DNA of 64,000 nt from Cenarchaeum sp. (lineage in GTDB: Archaea; Thermoproteota; Nitrososphaeria; Nitrososphaerales; Nitrosopumilaceae), in the NCBI GenBank assembly GCA_965212015.1, contig OZ243037.1:1344001-1408000 (forward strand), read 5' to 3'. Numbering within the stretch: the first letter of the stretch is position 1; each line of letters starts with the position of its first letter. The notes under the pieces were generated by a model. The model was not told the DNA's origin and made no database searches. It worked only from the letters and a program-made list of their open reading frames with translations. Of this stretch, positions 30,887-40,377 are shown piece by piece. Made by a program: the position numbers and the translations under genes.

Positions 30887-32268
30887 GCGAAAAGGGCGGC
30901 GTGCAGTACAGCAAGATTGCAGAGATCAAGGGGCCACTGGTCATAGTCGACGACGTGGAGAATGCGGCGTTTGACGAGCTAGTGGAGATTCAGACCTCCG
31001 ACGGGGGCAAAAGGCTCGGAAAGGTCCTCGAGGTCGGAAACGGCAAGGCCATAGTGCAGGTATTTGAGGGAACCATGGGGCTGTCAGTCTCTGGAACCAA
31101 CGCAAAGTTCGTAGGCAAGGTAATGGAAATGCCCGTCTCAGAGCAGGTGCTAGGGCGCGTCTTTGACGGCCTTGGCAGGCCAAAGGACAAACTGCCGGAT
31201 CCCATTGCAGACAAGTTTGTGGACATAAACGGGGAGCCCATGAATCCCGAACAGAGGCAGTACCCGCGCGACTTTATACAGACCGGCGTGTCCGTAATCG
31301 ACGGAATGCTCACGCTGGTGCGGGGCCAAAAGCTCCCGATATTTTCCGGCTCTGGAATGTCGCACAACATTCTTGCAGCCCAGATTGCGCGCCAGGCATC
31401 GGTGGTGGGAAGCGGCGAGGAGTTTGCCGTCGTCTTTGCCGCAATCGGCGTGCAGTACAGCGAGTCCGAATACTTTAAGCGCAGCCTGGAAGAGTCCGGG
31501 GCGCTAAAGCGCAGCGTACTGTTTCTGAATCTGGCCGACGATCCGGCAATAGAGAGAATCATCACGCCGCGCGTGGCGCTGACGGTGGCAGAGTATCTGG
31601 CCTATGATCTCGGCATGCACGTGCTGGTGATAATGACTGACATGACAAACTATGCCGAGGCCCTGCGGGAGATCAGCGCGGCGCGAGAGGAGGTGCCCGG
31701 CAGAAAGGGATACCCCGGATACCTGTATACGGATCTGTCCACAATATACGAGCGGGCCGGCAGGCTTCAGGGCAGGCCGGGCAGCGTGACTCAGATGCCG
31801 ATTCTCTCGATGCCCTCTGATGACATTACCCACCCGATACCGGACCTTACCGGCTATATCACCGAAGGCCAGATAGTGCTCGGCAGGGACCTGTTCCGCC
31901 AGGGCGTGTATCCGCCGGTAAACATACTCATGAGTTTGAGCCGGATAATGAAGGACGGCATCGGCAAGGACAGGACGCGCGAGGATCACCAGGAAATTTC
32001 CAATCAGAACTATGATGCGTATTCCAGATCACAGGAGGTCAGGGCGCTTGCGGGCATTGTCGGCAAGGCCGGCCTTACAAGCGTCGATCTAAAGTACCTT
32101 GAATTCGGCGACGACTTTGAGAACGCATTTTTGTCCCAGGCAGTCGACGAGAACAGGACAATCGAGGAGACGCTTGCGCTGCAGTGGAAGGCAGTATCAA
32201 ACCTGCCAAAAAACGAGCTGACCAAGGTCAAGGACAAGTACGTCGAGCAGTACTACAAGGAAAGATGA
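30883..32268 (+). CDS. atpB: A/V-type ATP synthase subunit B
   Basis: [47 protein letters not shown]. Confidence 0.98.
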   Translation: MSEKGGVQYSKIAEIKGPLVIVDDVENAAFDELVEIQTSDGGKRLGKVLEVGNGKAIVQVFEGTMGLSVSGTNAKFVGKVMEMPVSEQVLGRVFDGLGRPKDKLPDPIADKFVDINGEPMNPEQRQYPRDFIQTGVSVIDGMLTLVRGQKLPIFSGSGMSHNILAAQIARQASVVGSGEEFAVVFAAIGVQYSESEYFKRSLEESGALKRSVLFLNLADDPAIERIITPRVALTVAEYLAYDLGMHVLVIMTDMTNYAEALREISAAREEVPGRKGYPGYLYTDLSTIYERAGRLQGRPGSVTQMPILSMPSDDITHPIPDLTGYITEGQIVLGRDLFRQGVYPPVNILMSLSRIMKDGIGKDRTREDHQEISNQNYDAYSRSQEVRALAGIVGKAGLTSVDLKYLEFGDDFENAFLSQAVDENRTIEETLALQWKAVSNLPKNELTKVKDKYVEQYYKER

Positions 32269-32271
32269 CAA

Positions 32272-32907
32272 TTGTCGTTTGGCCAGAATGTCGCTGCAAC
32301 AAAGATTGAGCTCCTGAAATTCAAGCGCTCAAGCCAGGTCGCCACGATGGTGCAGAAAATCCTTGACGACAAGAGAAAGGTCCTTTTAAAGAACATCGAG
32401 GAGATGATCGACGAGGCATCAAAGGCGCGCGGGGGAATATGGGACCCCCTCCAGGACGTCTACAAGTCGGTAAACGAGGCGTACCTGTCGCTTGGGACCG
32501 GTACTGTCGACTCGGTGGCAGAGTCGGCCCCCGCGGTGATGCAAGTCGACATTGACGTCAAGCGTATAGTGGACGTAAAGATTCCGGCCCTCACCGTCAC
32601 AGAAAAGGACACAAAGTCAATGCCCTACGGGTTTGCCGATACCAACTCGTCAATTGACAGGGCCTCAAAGCAGATAAAGTCGCTGCTGCCAAAGATCTGC
32701 AAGGCAGCCGAGTACGAGAACTCTATATTCAGCCTTGCAAAGGCGCTTGAAAAGACGCAAAAGCTCCTCAACGCGCTTGAAAACGTAATAATTCCGCAGT
32801 ACCAGCAAAAGATCCGCTTTATCATATCGACTCTCGAGGAGCGCGAAAGGGAGGAATTTGCAAAACTAAAAAAGGTAAAGGCCGCCATAGAAAGGAGAAA
32901 GCAATGA
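32272..32907 (+). CDS. atpD: A/V-type ATP synthase subunit D
   Basis: ATKIEL, NALENVIIP, LEEREREEFAKLKKVK. Confidence 0.95.
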   Translation: MSFGQNVAATKIELLKFKRSSQVATMVQKILDDKRKVLLKNIEEMIDEASKARGGIWDPLQDVYKSVNEAYLSLGTGTVDSVAESAPAVMQVDIDVKRIVDVKIPALTVTEKDTKSMPYGFADTNSSIDRASKQIKSLLPKICKAAEYENSIFSLAKALEKTQKLLNALENVIIPQYQQKIRFIISTLEEREREEFAKLKKVKAAIERRKQ

Positions 32908-33041
32908 CCAAAGAGGAGATAAAAAAACTGCTGGATGAATCAAAGCGATCCCTGGACGAGGCGCACGACGGCCTGGGCGCCGACATTAAAAGCGATCTGG
33001 GCGGCTTTAAGAAAAAGACGCTCGATCACGCCTCAAAATAA
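32904..33041 (+). CDS. 45-aa helical protein coupled to atpD (not in ORF track)
   Basis: MTKEEIKKLLDESKRSLDEAHDGLGADIKSDLGGFKKKTLDHASK; ATGA overlap and upstream GGAG. Confidence 0.65.
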   Translation: MTKEEIKKLLDESKRSLDEAHDGLGADIKSDLGGFKKKTLDHASK

Positions 33042-33150
33042 CGCCGGCACGTACCGGTGCCAGGCGGCAAGGATTGAATCTGCCAACCGTTTTTCCGACC
33101 GCATTGGTCGTGCCCGTACTGTACGCCTGTGATCTTTGGCCCGCCCCATC

Positions 33151-33174
33151 CCCGATCCCAAATTTTGGATCGGG
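33151..33174. other. 8-bp perfect inverted repeat/hairpin downstream of the ATPase operon
   Basis: CCCGATCC-caaatttt-GGATCGGG. Confidence 0.4.
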
Positions 33175-33235
33175 ACCACGGATGACACACTTGTGAACAG
33201 GGTACAATTTTATACAATTATTATGATATGGATTT

Positions 33236-33373
33236 ATGATCGAAGACGATTTGGAGGATCTACGCGAGGATCTCTGGGATAGCATTGACAAGATAAAAGC
33301 GAGACTCTTGAACCTTGAAAATAGAATGGAAAAAGTGGATGGCAAAGATTCGGGATATAACGGCCTAGATTAG
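33236..33373 (+). CDS. 45-aa coiled-coil microprotein (not in ORF track)
   Basis: MIEDDLEDLREDLWDSIDKIKARLLNLENRMEKVDGKDSGYNGLD; TTTATA about 25 nt upstream. Confidence 0.55.
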   Translation: MIEDDLEDLREDLWDSIDKIKARLLNLENRMEKVDGKDSGYNGLD

Positions 33374-33758
33374 AAACTATTGTGTCAGAGCGTTACCCCG
33401 AGTTTATCATCCATGAAATCACACTTGTACGGTGCCAAAGAATCATCCGTATGGATAGTGGGGAGATTAAAATTCGCCATTGACATTTGGGATCAAAACG
33501 CCCCCTTGACCGGGTTGACTGCGGATCTGTGATTGCCGGCGCGTCCCGGCTTTAGCTGTATTGGATAATCAGCGCTCTCCGATCCGGCCCCGTTCTCTTT
33601 TGCCAGAGTTATTTTCCTTGAACTATTATTTGGGGATTGGGCGCAATTTGGCGCAAGAGATCCGGTGCCTGTGGGCAAACATCCCCTCCCGGACCTAACC
33701 GATTACTGGTGCGGCATCTTATGATTTAAATATGGAAATATGAGGGGTTTACTCGTTA

Positions 33759-34070
33759 ATGAAACCTGTTATGATCATTTTGCTGGCAGTATCGGGGGCG
33801 TTTCTGGCATCCGGCATAACGGATGTTGCTTATGCCGCAGAGGGCGACGCCGCAGGAATGAGTGACGGCTCCAAGCTGATCGGAGCTGGAATTGCGTTTG
33901 GCGTGGCAGCAGGCGGCGCAGGCGTCGGTCTTGGCTATGTGGGCTCTGCGGGCCTTGCGGTAATCAGCGAAAACCCGGCACTCCAGTCCAAGGTATTCAT
34001 CTTTATCGGAATGGTGGAATCCATTGCCATCTATGGTATAGTAATGATGTTTATCATCCTGGGACAATAA
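33759..34070 (+). CDS. atpK: A-type ATP synthase proteolipid subunit K (c) with N-terminal leader
   Basis: GAGIAFG..A.GAG.G.G, ENP loop, ion-binding E in MVESIAIYG. Confidence 0.93.
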   Translation: MKPVMIILLAVSGAFLASGITDVAYAAEGDAAGMSDGSKLIGAGIAFGVAAGGAGVGLGYVGSAGLAVISENPALQSKVFIFIGMVESIAIYGIVMMFIILGQ

Positions 34071-34088
34071 GCCCCGAATCCGTATTTT

Positions 34089-34550
34089 TTAGCTATAGTC
34101 TATCTTGCTTACGTCGAGTATCCTTCCGCAGTACCTGCACTTTAGGATGAGGTTGCCCTTGTCCACCACGTCCATCACGGATTCCGTGTGCTCCTGGCTG
34201 TTCGTTATGCAGTCCGGGTTTGTACACCTGAAAATCCGGTCGATCTCGTTTGGCAGCGCCACCCGGCGCTTTTCGACTAGCTTGTAGTTTTTGATAATGT
34301 TCACGGTGGCCTTGGGGGCAATCACTGCCAGCTTGTTTGTGTCGTCGTCCCTGAGAAACCGGTTCTCCACCTTTATGATGTCCTTTTTGCTGAATTTTCC
34401 GCTGGGGACGTTCAGTGCCACCGTAATCAGGCTGCCGTCCTTTCCGCTGATGCCCAGGGCGCCTAGCACCTGGAGGCCCCTGCCCTCGTTGATGTGGTCA
34501 ATTACCGTCCCCTCCTTGATCCTGCGCACAATCAGTTCGGATTCCTGCAT
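34089..34550 (-). CDS. pyrI: Aspartate carbamoyltransferase regulatory chain
   Basis: GTVIDHI, KKDIIKVE, CTNPDCIT, CRYC. Confidence 0.96.
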   Translation of the reverse strand: MQESELIVRRIKEGTVIDHINEGRGLQVLGALGISGKDGSLITVALNVPSGKFSKKDIIKVENRFLRDDDTNKLAVIAPKATVNIIKNYKLVEKRRVALPNEIDRIFRCTNPDCITNSQEHTESVMDVVDKGNLILKCRYCGRILDVSKIDYS

Positions 34551-34592
34551 TAGAATACTTTGTATATCTACCCGTATATATCATTGAAAGCA

Positions 34593-35522
34593 ATGAACGA
34601 ATTCTTCGGCAGGGACATTATCTCCATTAGGGATCTGGACAAGCCCAAGCTCGAAAAGATATTCGAAACCACGCAGAAAATCCTCGATTTCTCCATAAAC
34701 GAGCGCCGGGAGATAAGCAGGGGGCAGACACTGGGATACCTGTTCTTTGAGCCAAGCACCAGGACCCGGCTGAGCTTTCAGGCCGCCATAGCGTCGATCG
34801 GGGGCACGTCGCTGGGAATCGCCGACATTGCCTCCTCGTCGACCCAAAAGGGGGAGAGCCTTGCCGACACGGTAAAGATCATGTCCATCTATTCGGACGC
34901 GCTAGTCCTGAGGCACCCGCTTGACGGCTCGAGCAGGTTTGCCGCAGAGGTCTCCGACAAGCCGGTAATCAATGCGGGAAGCGGCACAGAGGAGCACCCC
35001 ACCCAGGCAATACAGGATCTGTTCACGATTAAAAAGGAAAAGAAAAGAATCGACGGCCTGAGCATCGGCATAGTGGGAGACCTAAAGTACGGAAGGACGG
35101 TATACTCGCTTTTGCAGGCGCTGGGAAACTATGACGTAAAGGTGCACCTCATCTCGCCGGAATCCCTCAGGGTGAGGGCCGACTCTATCTATGACATAAA
35201 AAAATGCCTGGACTTTACAGAGTCCGGGAGCCTTGAGGAGAACATTGACGAGCTAGACGTGATATACATGACGAGAATCCAAAAGGAGAGGTTTCCCGAC
35301 GAGGAGGAATACCTCAAGGTCAAGGGAAGCTATATGCTCGGACTAGACGTGCTGCAAAAGACAAAGGATGATGCGATAATACTCCACCCGCTGCCCAGGC
35401 TAGACGAGATTGCAGTCGAGGTGGACTCTACAAAGCAGGCAAAATACTTTCAGCAGGCAGAATACGGCAAATACACCAGGGCGGCCATGCTGGGCCTGAT
35501 CCTAAACGAGAACGGAATATAA
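34593..35522 (+). CDS. pyrB: Aspartate carbamoyltransferase catalytic chain
   Basis: FFEPSTRTRLSF, HPTQ, GDLKYGRTV, RIQKER, HPLPR. Confidence 0.97.
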   Translation: MNEFFGRDIISIRDLDKPKLEKIFETTQKILDFSINERREISRGQTLGYLFFEPSTRTRLSFQAAIASIGGTSLGIADIASSSTQKGESLADTVKIMSIYSDALVLRHPLDGSSRFAAEVSDKPVINAGSGTEEHPTQAIQDLFTIKKEKKRIDGLSIGIVGDLKYGRTVYSLLQALGNYDVKVHLISPESLRVRADSIYDIKKCLDFTESGSLEENIDELDVIYMTRIQKERFPDEEEYLKVKGSYMLGLDVLQKTKDDAIILHPLPRLDEIAVEVDSTKQAKYFQQAEYGKYTRAAMLGLILNENGI

Positions 35523-35564
35523 TTCTCCACAACTTAATTATGCGGCAATGCGCCACAAACCTAC

Positions 35565-36884
35565 ATGAAGTCGCTTCTTGCGCTGGGACCTGTCATTATC
35601 GTAATGGTGATGGCGCCTGCCGGCGCCTACGGCCACGGCCTGAGCCTTGATGCAATCCCGTCGGTGAATATCGACGGAACAAAGTCCACCATAACGGTGG
35701 AAATGTCTGCCGGCTCGGACTCGAAGCGGATCACGATTAGCGCCGCAAGCGATGCTACGGGGCAGAACGCAGGCGGCGTGACGTTTCTTGTCGGGGTTTA
35801 TCACGGAGGAGAGATTATACTTGATGACTATTTCCTTGCCGTCGACGGCATTGTCGCAATCGATGCGGTTGCCGGCACAGGCGGTGTGGAGGTCTCCGGC
35901 CAGCGACACGGGACGCCGGAGGCCTGGCGTGCTACAGACGGGCAGCCCGTAACTGTCACCGGACCGGTATTCCAGGATGCCGGCCTGTACACATTTGAAA
36001 TACAGGTGTACGGCGCAGACGGGCAGCCCCAGGGGGGCGTGCACAGGGCCGATCTGAGCATCACCGAGACAAAAGAGTTTGTCCAGGATGACGGGGTAAA
36101 ATTCGGGACAAGGTCGTATTTTGACGCAATAACCGGCCTGGAATACGACTCGCAGGCAGGAACGGTAAGCATAGAGATGCCGTTTGACTGGAGCCAAAAT
36201 ACAATCTCGCACATTCCAGTCGTCCACGTGGAGGTGCACTTTCCAAAGGACTTTGCAGAGTATACCAGCCCCAGCTATGCGGGGACCGTAAACGGCGTCG
36301 ATTTGTTCCGGTCGTCTGTCACCATAGACGACTATACAGAGCCTGATGAGCGCATCGTACATTTCGTGCTGCTTGCCAGCCACCTGCAGGTCATCAAAAA
36401 CCAGCTTGCAGATGAGCTGCCGGCCAACATGGTCTTTGGGCTCGCCATGAGCGACGAAAACCAGTTCCCAATGACTGCGTATACGGCAGGCGAGGAGTTT
36501 TACGTCGATCTCTCGTGGGAGCCACCGGAGATAATGCCGGACCAGGACGTCAACTTTATCTTTACAATACGTGACGGCGCCACCGGCTCCCCGCTGCGCC
36601 AGTCCTCGTACGACTTTGTGATAATCCAAAACGGAAAAGAGATTCACCGCGTGCACGACACGGCAACAGTCGGGGGATCGTTTGCAAAGTACACGTTTTC
36701 AGAGGCGCAGACGGGGCCCACAATAGTGCGCTTTGAGGACATACGCGGGACCGGTGCAGAGACTGAGTTCGGGCTGGTGATAGTGCCAGAGTTTGGCGGT
36801 GTTGCGCTTTTGGTGCTGCTAGTCACGATGGCCTTTGTCGTAATAGGCTGCAGATCATCTGCCTTTCGGGGAATTCGCATCTGA
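35565..36884 (+). CDS. PEFG-CTERM surface protein, paralogue of 42536-44230
   Basis: Signal peptide AYG|HGL, TGPVF..GLY, MPFDWS, C-terminal VPEFG plus TM. Confidence 0.8.
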   Translation: MKSLLALGPVIIVMVMAPAGAYGHGLSLDAIPSVNIDGTKSTITVEMSAGSDSKRITISAASDATGQNAGGVTFLVGVYHGGEIILDDYFLAVDGIVAIDAVAGTGGVEVSGQRHGTPEAWRATDGQPVTVTGPVFQDAGLYTFEIQVYGADGQPQGGVHRADLSITETKEFVQDDGVKFGTRSYFDAITGLEYDSQAGTVSIEMPFDWSQNTISHIPVVHVEVHFPKDFAEYTSPSYAGTVNGVDLFRSSVTIDDYTEPDERIVHFVLLASHLQVIKNQLADELPANMVFGLAMSDENQFPMTAYTAGEEFYVDLSWEPPEIMPDQDVNFIFTIRDGATGSPLRQSSYDFVIIQNGKEIHRVHDTATVGGSFAKYTFSEAQTGPTIVRFEDIRGTGAETEFGLVIVPEFGGVALLVLLVTMAFVVIGCRSSAFRGIRI

Positions 36885-36892
36885 CGTACCGG

Positions 36893-39637
36893 TCACTTGT
36901 AGACCAGGGCGTTTATTTTTCGCTTGTCCTGCACGCCCTTTACAAAGAACAGCGATGCGGCAATCACGCCCAGTGCAATTATGGGGGATGCAATTTCCGT
37001 ATATTCCGGCCAGTCTGCGTCCCGCCTGATTTCCCCGGCGGGGGATTCTGTAAGCTCTAGCACTGCAAGCTTTGATGGCTTTTGCTCGACAAACCAAATG
37101 TTTCCCCCGTCATCTGACGTGGTAAACTGCACCCAGGATTCCTCGGTGGGAATGGGTACCGTCATAATGTCGCCATTGTGCGGATCGTACGCCGCAAGCT
37201 TGTCCACAGTATGCATCGCAAACCAGACGTTCTGGTATTTGTCAAGTGAGGCGCTGTTTGGAAATGCGGCCTCGTCAGGGGACCGGACTCTCTCAAAAGA
37301 GTCAAGCACCGGACTGTATCTGGTCATCCAGCCGTTCTCCCGGTGCTCTGCAATCCACAGGTTTCCATCAGAGTCAAACGTTATGGTCTCCGGGGTGGCA
37401 AGCGGCGCATCCGGTGCAAGCTCTGTAATCTTTCTATCGTCTAGCTCCACATAGCCTATCTGTCCTATATTCTGCGTAAACCACGCCCGGGAATGGTCCA
37501 CTGCCACTGCAAACGGGCCCGAATCGGCAGTGGGCAGCTCGTACACGTCAAGCTCCCCCGTTGCATGGTCGTACCTTACGATGGCGTTTTTGTTTGCGAC
37601 AGAGGCCCACATGCCGCCTTTATCGTCCTCGTCAAGCGCTATTACGAAATTCTTTTCTGCCTCGGGGGCTATTCCCGAAAACTCTATAATCTCGAACAAT
37701 TCGGTCTCTGGATCAAGATACCCTATTTTTCCTGCCGGAACGTCGGTAAACCACACCCTTCCCTGCGAGTCGATCTCTAGGGTGATGCTGGCCTGCCCGT
37801 CAAACTCGTATTCCGTGAATGCCTCGTCCTGGATTGAAAACTTCCAGAGCCGCGGATGCGACGCATCGGTAATCCAAATGTTTCCGCGCCCGTCATATTC
37901 AGGATAAAGCGGCGCGCCCTTTACGGGAAGCTCGTATTCCGTGATTTTTGCATCCAGCTGATCCAGCCTTGGCTTTACCAGCAAGTCAAGTGTTACTGCG
38001 TCGTTTGCGCTCTGGGTTCTCTGCGCCTCAATCTCTACTTGCCACCGTCCCGAGAATCCAAAGGTCACATCGCCGCCGTAAGAGCCGGACCCGTCCCGCT
38101 CCACTGGTATCTCTATCGGGGTTATGCCCCGCTGCGGGTTTGAGACCTTTACCTTTAGCGAGCCCAGATCCGGCAGGGAATTTCCTGCAAGGTCAGTCGC
38201 CCTGACCGTAATAGTGTTGGCGCCGGCGGCAAACGGAAAGATATCCACATCAAAGCGGACCTGGTCTGCAAACTCTGAGGCGGTATAGCCGTATGCTGCG
38301 TCTGCCTGCACGGTCTGAGTCTCGCCCTCTGGAAGGGTCCCGTTGGTCAGCAGCGCCACGATTCCCAAAAGCGCGATTCCCAGGACCGCCTCTATCCTCA
38401 GGGCGCGCCCAAGCTTTTTGCTGACAGAAATTTTGGCTGAAATGTCTTTTAGCGCCACTCTTTGTATGCCGAACTGGTGGTACCCCCCCACCCCGATCAT
38501 CGCGCCGGCAAGCAGAATCTTTGCAATGATCAGCTTGCCATAGGTGGATTCCGTAATGCTTTTGACGTCGCCTTCCAGCATCCACATCAGCGTGGGGCCG
38601 GTGATTGCCACGATTCCTATTGCAATTACGATCATAATGGAGAACCTTGGAATCGAGGCGAGGGACATTTTCTCCCTGATGCCGCCGTCAAGTGCGCCAA
38701 ACGACGGGAGCAGGACGAATGCGAAAAACAAAATCCCGCCAATCCACGCGGCGGCAACCAGGTTGTGTATATAGTCGAGTGCGACGGCCGGCGGCTGCTC
38801 GCTTGCCATTCCGTGTCCCATCATGGTGGTGGTGGCAATGAGGACAAGGGACAGCGCCAAAAGCGGGATCTGTCCCGCAAACGAAAGGCGTTTTGCGCGC
38901 TCCATTGCAAACCATGCGGCCAAAAGCGCCACTGTCACTGCCATGCGTATGGTCCACGTTGTTCCAAACGAGGTCTGCAGTGAGTCAAAGACCGACGCCT
39001 CCAGCCTCAGGGTCTGGATTGCCAGCATTAGTATGTTTGATGCAAAGACGACTATAATGCCAAGGCCCACAAGCGACATGAATTTTCCGTGAAACACGCA
39101 GTCCAGCTTTTTCCCGACCTCCGGATCCCTTCTCTGCGTCCCCCACACAAACATTGATGCAATGACCGCGCCAAGTATTACGGTCTGCCCTACTAGTCCG
39201 GGAAACCTGGCGCCTGCCTCGGGAAAAAAAACCAGATCGGCTATTGCCTGCTCCTCTCTTGCTGGCGCCTCCACTGTCACGTCGCCGACTCCAAAGACGA
39301 ATGCGGACGGCACGAGATGCCCGTCGACACGCGAGAGCACCTTGCTTGTAACGGTGTATGCGCCCTCGCTTAGCGGCGCGGTAGTCACTATCAGGGAATA
39401 GTCCCCCTCGTGGTATCTGGTGTCCCTGTTGTCTATCTGCTCCCCGCTGCCGTCAAAGACCTTTAGTGCGCTGTGGTTGATCTCTATTGCCTCAGAGTAT
39501 CTCACTATTACCTCAGATATCCCGACTGGCGCACTTGAGAACCTGGGCGGCACGGTCTCTTCTGTAAACGGGTGTGCCGATACTGCAGTGACCCCCACCA
39601 TTATCAGGATCAAAAAGGCAAGCAAAATCCCCCTCAT
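36893..39637 (-). CDS. CopC-CopD fusion with C-terminal Vgb-like beta-propeller
   Basis: Mature N-terminal His, VLSRVDGH (CopC); GH, HNL.AA.WIGG (CopD); repeated G.IWF.E propeller blades; terminal TM. Confidence 0.88.
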   Translation of the reverse strand: MRGILLAFLILIMVGVTAVSAHPFTEETVPPRFSSAPVGISEVIVRYSEAIEINHSALKVFDGSGEQIDNRDTRYHEGDYSLIVTTAPLSEGAYTVTSKVLSRVDGHLVPSAFVFGVGDVTVEAPAREEQAIADLVFFPEAGARFPGLVGQTVILGAVIASMFVWGTQRRDPEVGKKLDCVFHGKFMSLVGLGIIVVFASNILMLAIQTLRLEASVFDSLQTSFGTTWTIRMAVTVALLAAWFAMERAKRLSFAGQIPLLALSLVLIATTTMMGHGMASEQPPAVALDYIHNLVAAAWIGGILFFAFVLLPSFGALDGGIREKMSLASIPRFSIMIVIAIGIVAITGPTLMWMLEGDVKSITESTYGKLIIAKILLAGAMIGVGGYHQFGIQRVALKDISAKISVSKKLGRALRIEAVLGIALLGIVALLTNGTLPEGETQTVQADAAYGYTASEFADQVRFDVDIFPFAAGANTITVRATDLAGNSLPDLGSLKVKVSNPQRGITPIEIPVERDGSGSYGGDVTFGFSGRWQVEIEAQRTQSANDAVTLDLLVKPRLDQLDAKITEYELPVKGAPLYPEYDGRGNIWITDASHPRLWKFSIQDEAFTEYEFDGQASITLEIDSQGRVWFTDVPAGKIGYLDPETELFEIIEFSGIAPEAEKNFVIALDEDDKGGMWASVANKNAIVRYDHATGELDVYELPTADSGPFAVAVDHSRAWFTQNIGQIGYVELDDRKITELAPDAPLATPETITFDSDGNLWIAEHRENGWMTRYSPVLDSFERVRSPDEAAFPNSASLDKYQNVWFAMHTVDKLAAYDPHNGDIMTVPIPTEESWVQFTTSDDGGNIWFVEQKPSKLAVLELTESPAGEIRRDADWPEYTEIASPIIALGVIAASLFFVKGVQDKRKINALVYK

Positions 39638-39752
39638 ATGCCTCCCTATTGCCCTTTTGACAATTTAAACAGTCGTCAAGTTTCTAGTCCGCACCGGGAT
39701 TCCCCGGCGCCGCTGCGTAATCTTAAAATCATTAAGCCCGCCCATTTTACCC

Positions 39753-40364
39753 ATGAAATGTTGTGTGGCGCTGCTCTCTGCGCTGATGCTAGGCGCGGGA
39801 CTGTTCTCCCCGGCACTGGCGCATACCACCGTAGGCGTGGGCGGCTATGAGATCGAGGTGGGATGGGGCACAGAGCCGCCTGTTGTGGGGTTTAGAAACG
39901 AGATTACCTTTGAGGTCAGCACCCCCGGCGAGGCAGAGGGCGTAAAGACGGCGGTGAAAAACGCCTTTCAAAACATGGATGCCACCGCCAAATTCGGCGG
40001 AATTACAAAAAAACTCGACATCAATTCTGCCACCACTCCGGGACACTATTTCTCAAACATAATCCCCACAAAGACCGGCTCCATTGCAGTCGTCATGAGC
40101 GGCGGCATAAAAGACACGCCGGTAAACGTTGAGATTCCCGTCGAGGACGTGGAGGGTACTGCCGTTCTGGACTTTCCGCCAAGGTCGGACTCTGGCGATA
40201 CGGCGGGACTGAAAAGCGCAATGTCCGTACTGCAAAAGGAGATCCGCGCGCTGCAGTCCGGGACGGGATCGGATGGTAATGCCTACAACTTTGCAGTGTT
40301 CGGACTGTCACTTGGTGCGGCGGGCGTGATCTTGGCGATTGTTGCAATGCTAAAAAGAAAATAA
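39753..40364 (+). CDS. Membrane-anchored secreted protein
   Basis: Signal ALA|HTTV, EVGWGTEPP, C-terminal TM plus KRK. Confidence 0.75.
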   Translation: MKCCVALLSALMLGAGLFSPALAHTTVGVGGYEIEVGWGTEPPVVGFRNEITFEVSTPGEAEGVKTAVKNAFQNMDATAKFGGITKKLDINSATTPGHYFSNIIPTKTGSIAVVMSGGIKDTPVNVEIPVEDVEGTAVLDFPPRSDSGDTAGLKSAMSVLQKEIRALQSGTGSDGNAYNFAVFGLSLGAAGVILAIVAMLKRK

Positions 40365-40377
40365 AAGGGGGGTTTTT

